Below are positions 19,625 through 27,726 of a DNA stretch of 64,000 bases, piece by piece (within the stretch, counting starts at the first letter, position 1; each line of letters begins with the position of its first letter). Origin of the DNA: Abditibacteriaceae bacterium (lineage in GTDB: Bacteria; Armatimonadota; Abditibacteriia; Abditibacteriales; Abditibacteriaceae); NCBI GenBank assembly GCA_031425655.1, contig JANPJS010000140.1, forward strand, positions 1 through 64,000, in the 5' to 3' direction. Below the pieces are notes generated by a model. It was given only the letters and a program-made list of their open reading frames with translations. It was not told where the DNA came from and made no database searches. The position numbers and the translations under genes were made by a program.

Positions 19625-22201
19625 ATGGCAACCCGAAAAGAACTCACCAAATCACAGGGCGCACGTCGCTGGCCGGCGCGTGTTTTGGTCGTCGCCACAA
19701 TTGCGGCTGGCGGCGGCGCGCTGACTGCCGCGATTCCAGCCGGGCAGCCGGGATTCAAGACAAAAGTGGCACCGTTTTTCAAGGACAATTGCATCAGTTG
19801 TCATGGGCCGGAGAAAAGCAAAGGCAACATCACCTTGCACACGTTGGACGGCACGTTTGCCAAAAGCGAAGACGTGGAACGCTGGGAAAAAATACGCGAA
19901 GTGCTGGAAAAAGGCGAAATGCCGCCGGAGGACAGACCCCAGCCAGCGTTGGCCGACCGCGAAGCGGTCACGCGGTGGATTAACGACGCCGTGCGCGGCC
20001 ACGTGCAGAAAACCGCCGAGGTCAACGTGGTTCCGACCACGCGCAGGCTGACCAATTTCGAATACGAAAACACCATGCGCGACCTGCTGGGCTTTCGCTT
20101 GAAGCTCTCCGAAAACCTGCCCGAAGACCCGGTGGTGCCCTACAGTTTCAACAACTCCGCCGAATTCATGCGCCTGGGCATGGAGCAGATGGACAGGTAT
20201 TTGGAGAACGCGCGGCGGGCGATGGCTTCGGCGATTGTTGACCCCGGCAAGCCGCTGATTCACAAGTCGGAGCGCAAGTGGCAGGTTAACGCGGCGGACG
20301 TGGGGCTGGCGTCCAACGAAGTCGGCGTCTACGGCAACCGGCGCAACACGCCGGCCACCGGCATGGGGCTGAAAAGCTGGCCGACGACGGGCGAATATCG
20401 CATCCGCGTGAAAGCCTCGGCCAACCTGCCGCCGGGCGTTCCAGAACTGCCACTGCGCCTGGTGATGGGTTACGGTCTCAACGAAAACCTCGCCATGCTG
20501 CAATACGAGCCGGTCGGCACGGTGCAACTTCGCAACGACCCCGGCAACCCGCAGGTTTTCGAGTTTCGCGGGCGCATTGAAAACCATCCGGCCCGCCCCG
20601 GCGACACGACCAAAGACGGGCAGAAACCGCCGTCCATGACCATCACGCCGCAGAATCTCTACGATAACGGCACGCTGAACGATGAAAACGGCTTTCAAAA
20701 GCCGCGCAATCTGACCCTGCCGCGCGCGGTGATTGAGTCCATCGAATTCGAAGCGCCCGTCGCCGATGTCTGGCCGCCGGAGCATCACACGCGGATATTG
20801 TTTGAATCCACGCTGCGCGAAACCGACCCCAGCGCCTATGTGCGCGAGGTTTTGAAGCGTTTTATGACGCGCGCCTATCGTCGGCCTCCGGCGGCGGGCG
20901 AAATCGAGCGGTTCGAGAAGATTTACCAAACCATGGCGGCGGAAATTGGCACCTTCGAGGGCGCTATGCGCGAAACGCTGGCGATGGTGCTGGTCTCGTC
21001 GCCGTTTTTGTATCACGCGGAAAGCGCGGACGGCGGCGCCAATCGGCACTATGAACTGGCCTCGAAGCTCTCGTATTTTCTTTGGGGCAGTATGCCGGAC
21101 GACGAGCTGTTCGATTTGGCCGCGCGGGGCAAGCTCGACGATGCCAAAGTCATCGAAGGGCAGGTGCGGCGATTACTTGGCGATGCGCGTTCGCGCGATT
21201 TCGTGAACAACTTCACCACGCAATGGCTGAGCATCGCCAAGATGAAAGCCGTAAAAATCAACACGAAGCTGTTTCCGCGTTTCCTCTATCTCGTCCCGCT
21301 GGGCGAACGGGCGGGCACCGAGGAACCTTATCGGCCAACCATCCGCGATTTCATGCACGAAGAGTCGGTGGCCTTTGTCGCCGAGCTCATCCGACGCAAT
21401 GCCAGCGTGCTGAACGTCGTAGATTCCGATTTCGCCATGTTAAACGAGCCTCTGGCAGCGCATTACGGCGTGGAAGGCGTGCGCGGCCACGAACTGCGCC
21501 CGGTGGCGATTAAGCCGGAACACCATTTGGGCGGCCTGCTGACGCACGGTTCGGTGTTGGTCGGCAACGGCACGGGCACTGCGCCGCATCCGATTTACCG
21601 CGCGGTGTGGCTGCGCGAGGCGATTTTAGGAGACGAAGTGGCGCCGCCCCCGGCGGATGTGCCCGCGCTGGTGGATTCCGCCGGTTCGGCTGCCGAAAAG
21701 GCGCTTTCCATCAAAGATTTACTGGTCAAACATCGCCAGAAGGAAAGCTGCAACTCGTGCCACGCGCGCCTCGATCCGTGGGGCGTTCCTTTCGAGCGTT
21801 ACAATGCCGTCGGCAAATACCAGGATTTGGTGCCCAAAGACGGCGTCACGGTGCGGGGTTTTCAGAAGGCGGTTGACAAAGACTTGGATGGCTACACGGC
21901 TTATCTGAAAACCGTCAACACCGTCGCGGTTCAGGCGGATGCGCGGCTGCCTCATGGCCCGGAGGTCAACGGCATGGAGGAGTTGAAGGCGTATCTGCTG
22001 AAATCCCGCAAGGCCGAAATCGTCGAAAACGTGGTGCGCCGCCTGCTCAGTTATGGAATTGGGCGCAAACTCACCTATCGCGACCGCTTTGCGGTCAAAG
22101 AATTGGTGGAACGGGCGGGCAAGAACGACAACAAGCTGCAAGACATCATCGTGATGATTTGTCAGAGCGAAACATTTCGCAAAGGAGCAAAAACCAAGTG
22201 A
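19625..22201 (+). CDS. Di-haem DUF1587/1595/1592/1588/1585 protein
   Basis: CISCH and CNSCH; RRLTNFEYENTMRDLLG; ELASKLSYFLWGSMPDDEL; PIYRAVWL. Confidence 0.87.
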   Translation: MATRKELTKSQGARRWPARVLVVATIAAGGGALTAAIPAGQPGFKTKVAPFFKDNCISCHGPEKSKGNITLHTLDGTFAKSEDVERWEKIREVLEKGEMPPEDRPQPALADREAVTRWINDAVRGHVQKTAEVNVVPTTRRLTNFEYENTMRDLLGFRLKLSENLPEDPVVPYSFNNSAEFMRLGMEQMDRYLENARRAMASAIVDPGKPLIHKSERKWQVNAADVGLASNEVGVYGNRRNTPATGMGLKSWPTTGEYRIRVKASANLPPGVPELPLRLVMGYGLNENLAMLQYEPVGTVQLRNDPGNPQVFEFRGRIENHPARPGDTTKDGQKPPSMTITPQNLYDNGTLNDENGFQKPRNLTLPRAVIESIEFEAPVADVWPPEHHTRILFESTLRETDPSAYVREVLKRFMTRAYRRPPAAGEIERFEKIYQTMAAEIGTFEGAMRETLAMVLVSSPFLYHAESADGGANRHYELASKLSYFLWGSMPDDELFDLAARGKLDDAKVIEGQVRRLLGDARSRDFVNNFTTQWLSIAKMKAVKINTKLFPRFLYLVPLGERAGTEEPYRPTIRDFMHEESVAFVAELIRRNASVLNVVDSDFAMLNEPLAAHYGVEGVRGHELRPVAIKPEHHLGGLLTHGSVLVGNGTGTAPHPIYRAVWLREAILGDEVAPPPADVPALVDSAGSAAEKALSIKDLLVKHRQKESCNSCHARLDPWGVPFERYNAVGKYQDLVPKDGVTVRGFQKAVDKDLDGYTAYLKTVNTVAVQADARLPHGPEVNGMEELKAYLLKSRKAEIVENVVRRLLSYGIGRKLTYRDRFAVKELVERAGKNDNKLQDIIVMICQSETFRKGAKTK

Positions 22202-23538
22202 CGCAAAAATCGTGGCATCTGAATCGGCGGGAGTTTCTGCGGGGCAGCAGCATGGCGCTGGCGCTGCCGTTCCTCGACAGCATGTGCTGGGGCCAGACGG
22301 CGACCGCCAAAGAATTGCCCAAGCGCATGGTGGTTTGCTACTTCTCGTATGGCGCTTACATGCCCGTCGGCGTGGGCGGCGCGCACCACGATTGGAACTG
22401 GTGGCCGTGCGCCAACGCCGGGCCGCTCAGCTTCAACAAGTCGGCGGCGCCCTTCGAGCCGCTCAAAGACCAGATCAGCTACCTGCGCGGGCTGGATCAT
22501 GCCGGAGGCTGGAGTTTGGGCGGCCACAGCAGCGGAGACGTTTTCGCCACCGGCGCCGATATGGTCAACCGCGAGAAGACCAACAGTATTTCGCTCGACC
22601 AAGTCGCGGCCAAAGCGATTGGCCACAAAACGCGCTATGCCTCGCTGGTGCTGGGCACCGAAGGCGGCACGGGTTCTTATGGCAACTGCCGGACTCTGTC
22701 GCACTACGGCCCCGGTCGGCCCATTCCCTCGCTGCACAAGCCGCAGGAGATTTTTAATCGGCTTTTCAAGCCGTATTCCGGCAAAAGCGTGGAACAGGTG
22801 CGCGCCGAATTGAAGCGCGAGGCGAGCGTCCTCGACCTGATGCTGGAACAAAGCAAAAGCATGAAAAACCGGCTGGGCCGCGAAGATCAAGCCAAGATGG
22901 ACGAATATCTGGAATCGGTGCGCGCCTTAGAGCAGCGCATTGAGCGCACCAGCAAGTGGACGCACGAGCCGCTGCCGGAAATCAACACCAAGGGCCTGAA
23001 CCTCGATGTGCATTATCAAAATCCGCTGGAATATACGCGCTGCATGTATGACCTGCTTTATCTGGCCCTGCAAACCGACTCGACGCGCTTGGCGACGTTT
23101 ATGCTGGAAAGCGAGCAGTCAACCTCCAACGAGGTCGGAAAATTCGCCACGCACGTTCTGGGCTACGGCGGGCAAACGCACGACATCGCCCACAAGCGTC
23201 CCACGGAGTCGGGGCTGTGGGACAAATGGCGCGCCGAACAGCACGCCTACTTCCTGACCCGCCTGCGCGATACCAAAGAGGGCGACAGCAATATGCTTGA
23301 CCGCACCGTCGTTTTGTGGGGTTCGGCCCATCCGCACAACTCACACGACACCCGCAACTATCCAATTCATTTGGCTGGCGGCAATGCGCTGGGTTTCAAA
23401 CACGGCAAGCTGCACGCCTTCGAGGGGCAGAAAAAAGTGCCGCTGGCCAACCTTTTTGTTTCGATGCTCAACTCGGTTGGCGCACCGACCGAAAAATTCG
23501 CCGACAGCACCGGCGAGATGACAGAAATTTTGGCCTGA
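22198..23538 (+). CDS. DUF1552 family protein (Tat signal)
   Basis: GTG start overlapping the upstream TGA; LNRREFLRG..LALPFLDSM; SISLDQVAA; SVLDL; EYLESVR; LANLFVSML; FADSTG. Confidence 0.88.
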   Translation: MTQKSWHLNRREFLRGSSMALALPFLDSMCWGQTATAKELPKRMVVCYFSYGAYMPVGVGGAHHDWNWWPCANAGPLSFNKSAAPFEPLKDQISYLRGLDHAGGWSLGGHSSGDVFATGADMVNREKTNSISLDQVAAKAIGHKTRYASLVLGTEGGTGSYGNCRTLSHYGPGRPIPSLHKPQEIFNRLFKPYSGKSVEQVRAELKREASVLDLMLEQSKSMKNRLGREDQAKMDEYLESVRALEQRIERTSKWTHEPLPEINTKGLNLDVHYQNPLEYTRCMYDLLYLALQTDSTRLATFMLESEQSTSNEVGKFATHVLGYGGQTHDIAHKRPTESGLWDKWRAEQHAYFLTRLRDTKEGDSNMLDRTVVLWGSAHPHNSHDTRNYPIHLAGGNALGFKHGKLHAFEGQKKVPLANLFVSMLNSVGAPTEKFADSTGEMTEILA

Positions 23539-23584
23539 CGAGCCGGGATAATCTCCCAATCCGTCCACTGCTGAGGCAACCACT

Positions 23585-25003
23585 ATGGCAACCAGAAGAG
23601 ACTTTTTGAAAACATCGGCGATGGGTGCGGGCGCGCTTATGCTGCCGCCCTCCGTGTTCAACGCATTCGCCGCGCCCGCATCGTCAGCCACCGGCAAGCC
23701 GCCGATGCGCTTTATTTTCATGCACAAAGGCAACGGCCTGTTTCCCAGCGTAATGGTGCCGCCCAGTCTGGGCGCGGCGGAAAAAGCCAAAGAAGACAAA
23801 AAAGAAGCCTTCGAGGTTGACCTCGCCAAGCACGAACTGCCCGCTTGGATGAGCGCGCTCAATGCCCACAAAAAACACCTGACGATTTTGCAAGGGTTAT
23901 CGGGCCGGATGTGCACCAACGGGCATCACTCGTGGCAGTCGTGTCTGGGCGTTTACGCGGCCACCGAGCGGCTGAGTTCCATCAAATGGGCGACTGCTGA
24001 CTTTGAGCTGGCCCGGATGTTTCCTTCGCCGCTCGAACACATCGAGCTGGCCTGCTTCCCTGCTGACGGCGGCAACGCGCGCGGCAACATCAACGGCATC
24101 GAAAAGGGCTTTTCGGCGCGCGGCCCGCAGCAGCCTAACTACGCCTTCGGCTCGCCCAAAGTCGCCATTGACGAACTGTTCAAATCGGTGGCCAACGACC
24201 AGACCGCGCGCACGCGCTACGAACTGGAGCGCAAGATGCTGGAGTTCGTGGGCGCCAACCAAGCCGGGCTTAGCCCGGAACTGGCCGGTTTGGAACGGGC
24301 GAAAATCCAAAACTACGCCGAAGCAGTCGAAGACATTCGCAAGCGCAATGGAAAACTCGAAGCGATGGGCGATATTATTGGCCGCAACCTGCCCAAGCTC
24401 GACAAAAAATACTTGGCCGACGACATTTCGACCATTGACCGCCAGCTCGGCCATGTCGAGGTGCTGCTTTCGGCGCTCATTTCCGGCATGACCAACGTCG
24501 TCACGTTTACCGTGGACGAACTGGGCACGCTTTATACGGGCGTTCCCGAACTGGAAACCGAAAAAATCAACCTGCACGATGTCGGACACGGCAAATCGGT
24601 CGGCAAGCTCGAAGCCAACGACGTGCGCCGCAACATCCGCAACTGCCACGTCAACTTGATTGACATCATCGTGCGCCGCCTGAAAAGCGTCCCGGAGGGC
24701 AAGGGCACCATGTTCGACAACACCATGCTGTTCTATTTCCCCGACAACGGCGAAACGCACCACAGCATCGGCATCGAATGGCCGTATCTGGTTTTGGCGG
24801 GCGACAACGCCAAGCTCAACATCGCCGGGCGCTACATTCGCTTGCCGTTTTGGGGCACCGAAGGGCACAAAACCATCGGCAACTGGTTCACCACGGTTCT
24901 CAACGCTTACGGCAACCCGATTAAACACTTCGGCGACCTCGATTTGGGCCTAAACAAATTCGTCGCCGACCAAACCGGGCCAATTAAGCAGTTTTTGGCG
25001 TGA
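23585..25003 (+). CDS. DUF1552 family protein, paralogue of 11980-13374
   Basis: TRRDFLK; shares GETHHS, GRYIRLP, GHKTIGNW and GNPIKH.GDLD with the 11980 protein. Confidence 0.85.
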   Translation: MATRRDFLKTSAMGAGALMLPPSVFNAFAAPASSATGKPPMRFIFMHKGNGLFPSVMVPPSLGAAEKAKEDKKEAFEVDLAKHELPAWMSALNAHKKHLTILQGLSGRMCTNGHHSWQSCLGVYAATERLSSIKWATADFELARMFPSPLEHIELACFPADGGNARGNINGIEKGFSARGPQQPNYAFGSPKVAIDELFKSVANDQTARTRYELERKMLEFVGANQAGLSPELAGLERAKIQNYAEAVEDIRKRNGKLEAMGDIIGRNLPKLDKKYLADDISTIDRQLGHVEVLLSALISGMTNVVTFTVDELGTLYTGVPELETEKINLHDVGHGKSVGKLEANDVRRNIRNCHVNLIDIIVRRLKSVPEGKGTMFDNTMLFYFPDNGETHHSIGIEWPYLVLAGDNAKLNIAGRYIRLPFWGTEGHKTIGNWFTTVLNAYGNPIKHFGDLDLGLNKFVADQTGPIKQFLA

Positions 25004-25046
25004 AGAGTTTGGCGTTGCGACTGGGACAATAAAACGCAACTGAGCC

Positions 25047-25907
25047 ATGAAACGATATTTCGTCTCTTCTGCGATTCTGACGTTGACTGTAGCTGTGTCA
25101 ACTGCCACGCTGCGCGCCGCTGATACGGTAACGGCACCGGTAACGGCACCGGTAACGGCACCGCCGAAACCACTTTTCACCGAAACCGGCACGGATTCGA
25201 CGTTTGAGATTCTTGTGGCGGAAGGCAAACTGCCCGCAGGGAAAAATACCACGGCTGGCGTGACCGGATCAAAGGTTCTGGTCAACAAAGAGTTGGTGAA
25301 AACCACCCCGGAGGCCAAACGGCCCATCATCCAATCAATCAAGCTCCACACCTTGCTCCATAGCGCCATCCCGCGCAAAGATTTCCCCAGGTGGTCGCGG
25401 TGGTATCAGGAGGACGGCAACACCCAGATTTTCCGATTGTTCAAAGGCGAGATGAACCGCCGTAACAACCGCCCACTCTCCGCACGCTCTGAAACCTTTA
25501 CCAACAAGAACTGGAAGGAGGCGGACGGCCAGTGGCATGAATGGAGCGGCGTTATCACAGCCATCAAACCGTGCGGCTCGATTTTGCAGGTGAAAAGCAA
25601 CATCGAAGGCCCCGCCGTCATGATTCTCATGTCCGAAAACGGCACCGTCACTCTCAACCGCCGCCGGGGCAAGGATGAAATCATCGCTCAGGACATGATT
25701 GGCAAACCGTTTCTCCTGCGCGTGCGCGATAACGGACGGAATTACGAAGTCTTCATCAACGATAAAAAAGCCGGTGACGGTTCTTACGACCGCCCCAAAG
25801 GTGCCACCTCATTCCGCTGGGGCATGTATGTCGGAGAGCATCCGGTGAATTACGATGCCATGCTTTTTGTTTCCGGCGCCACCGTGGATGGCAAAGCTGC
25901 AAAGTAA
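25047..25907 (+). CDS. Secreted protein, possibly polysaccharide lyase (PL7-like jelly-roll)
   Basis: Signal peptide; VTAP x3 linker; ARSE, ILQVK and FRWGMY resemble PL7 conserved blocks. Function tentative. Confidence 0.5.
   Translation: MKRYFVSSAILTLTVAVSTATLRAADTVTAPVTAPVTAPPKPLFTETGTDSTFEILVAEGKLPAGKNTTAGVTGSKVLVNKELVKTTPEAKRPIIQSIKLHTLLHSAIPRKDFPRWSRWYQEDGNTQIFRLFKGEMNRRNNRPLSARSETFTNKNWKEADGQWHEWSGVITAIKPCGSILQVKSNIEGPAVMILMSENGTVTLNRRRGKDEIIAQDMIGKPFLLRVRDNGRNYEVFINDKKAGDGSYDRPKGATSFRWGMYVGEHPVNYDAMLFVSGATVDGKAAK
25126..25163 (+). repeat. In-frame 12-bp tandem repeat x3
   Basis: (cggtaacggcac)3 encoding VTAP repeats. Confidence 0.95.
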
Positions 25908-26163
25908 CGGATTGATGCCGTTCAACCTCATTCCATTCACCCCGATGTCCGCACGATTTTCAAGTGGAGAACATGATCGTTATTTCGGCATTAAATCTCT
26001 CTGGCTTCGCGAACACCTGACCAGAAATGGCCGAAATCTGCATTCGACAACACCTCCTGTGGCTCTACAAATGGCTCTACAAAAGGCGCTGTTTGTCTGG
26101 AAAATGGCGAGTTTTTGAAGAAAACACTGGCAAGGAATCGGCGCAGCGTTAAGGAAAACAACC

Positions 26164-27681
26164 CTGAAACTAATCCTCACACTTTTCGCCGCCCTGCTGC
26201 TTTTCATCGTTGCGCCTTCGCACGCGGCAGACCTCAAACTCGCGGGCGTCTTCAGCGACCACATGGTTATTCAGCGCGGGCAAATGGTGCCGGTTTGGGG
26301 TTGGGCCAATCCCGGCGAGGCCGTCACGGTCGAATTTGCCGGACAAAAGAAAACCGAAAAGGCGGACGCGAATGGCCAATGGCTGGTGAAGCTCGACCCG
26401 ATGGCGGCCAGCGCCGAGCCGCGTGAATTGAAGGCGGGCGACCGCGTCCTGAAAAACGTGGTGGTCGGCGAGGTTTGGCTGTGTTCGGGCCAGTCGAACA
26501 TGCACTTTCGCATGAATGGCGTGCAGAACGCGCTAAGCGAAATCGCCGCCGCAAACCATCCCTCCCTGCGGTTTTTTACCGTGGAACATCAGTTTGCCCA
26601 ACGCCCCGCGCCCGACGCCAAAGGCGCATGGAAGCCGATTTCGCCCGCCACGGCGGCCACCTGTTCGGCGGTGGCCTATTACTTCGGCAGAGACCTGCAT
26701 CGCAAACTCGGCGTGCCGATTGGCTTGTTAATCAGTTCAATCGGCGGCACGCGCATCGAAACGTGGATGCGCCCCGAAACGCTGGCAGCGACTGGCGAAT
26801 CAAGCTCGCTGATCGAAAAATGGAAGCCGGTTTCACCCGAAGAATTCGAGAACATCGCCACCGCTTATCGCGCTTATCAGCATCAGCGCGACCATGTGCA
26901 TCCGCAGGCTGTCAAAGCGGCCAAAGCGCAAGGCGCGCCCGTGCCGCCCGCACCTCAAATGCCCAAACTGCGCTGCCACGACTGCCCCAGCGCCCTGCAC
27001 AACGGCATGATCGCGCCGCTGCAACCGTTCGCAATTCGCGGTGCGATTTGGTATCAGGGCGAATCGAACTCCGGGCAGCCCGCCCCTTATGAGAAATTGC
27101 TCCCGGCGATGATCGCGGATTGGCGGCGGGTGTGGGGAAGCGAGTTGCCGTTTTTGTTCGTGCAACTGGCACCGCACCGGAACACGCATCCGGCTTTTCG
27201 CGAAGCGCAGCATCGCATCTGGCAAAAAAACCCGCGCACCGCGATGGTCGTCACCACGGACGTGGGCGACGCCGATGACATTCATCCGACCCGCAAGCGT
27301 CCGGTGGGCGAGCGCCTGGCCCTGGCCGCCCGTGCGCTGAGCTACGGCGAGACGTTGGAGTATTCCGGCCCCGTTTTCAAAAGCATGAGCGTCGAGGGCG
27401 CTCGCGCCGTGATTTCGTTCACGCACACGGGGGCGGGGCTTATAGGAAAAGAGAACGCGCTCAAAGGCTTCACCATGGCGGGCGCGGATGGGAAGTTCCT
27501 TCCCGCCCGTGCCGAGATAAATGGTTCGACCGTGGTCGTCACCGCCGAAAAGGTCACAAAACCTGTCGCCGTCCGCTACGGCTGGGCCATGGTGCCGGAC
27601 GGGAACTTGTTCAATCGCGAAGGCTTGCCCGCCGCGCCTTTTCGCACCGATTCGCCCGCTGACCAAACGCGCGCCCCGTAG
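26164..27681 (+). CDS. Sialate O-acetylesterase (SASA), probable CTG start
   Basis: VFSDHMVIQR; GEVWLCSGQSNM; GGTRIETW; IRGAIWYQGESN; DIHP. A signal peptide lies upstream of the first ATG. Confidence 0.88.
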   Translation: MKLILTLFAALLLFIVAPSHAADLKLAGVFSDHMVIQRGQMVPVWGWANPGEAVTVEFAGQKKTEKADANGQWLVKLDPMAASAEPRELKAGDRVLKNVVVGEVWLCSGQSNMHFRMNGVQNALSEIAAANHPSLRFFTVEHQFAQRPAPDAKGAWKPISPATAATCSAVAYYFGRDLHRKLGVPIGLLISSIGGTRIETWMRPETLAATGESSSLIEKWKPVSPEEFENIATAYRAYQHQRDHVHPQAVKAAKAQGAPVPPAPQMPKLRCHDCPSALHNGMIAPLQPFAIRGAIWYQGESNSGQPAPYEKLLPAMIADWRRVWGSELPFLFVQLAPHRNTHPAFREAQHRIWQKNPRTAMVVTTDVGDADDIHPTRKRPVGERLALAARALSYGETLEYSGPVFKSMSVEGARAVISFTHTGAGLIGKENALKGFTMAGADGKFLPARAEINGSTVVVTAEKVTKPVAVRYGWAMVPDGNLFNREGLPAAPFRTDSPADQTRAP

Positions 27682-27726
27682 AACAGACAAAGAACGTGAG
27701 GCGGCAAAACAAACTGTGTGCAGACC

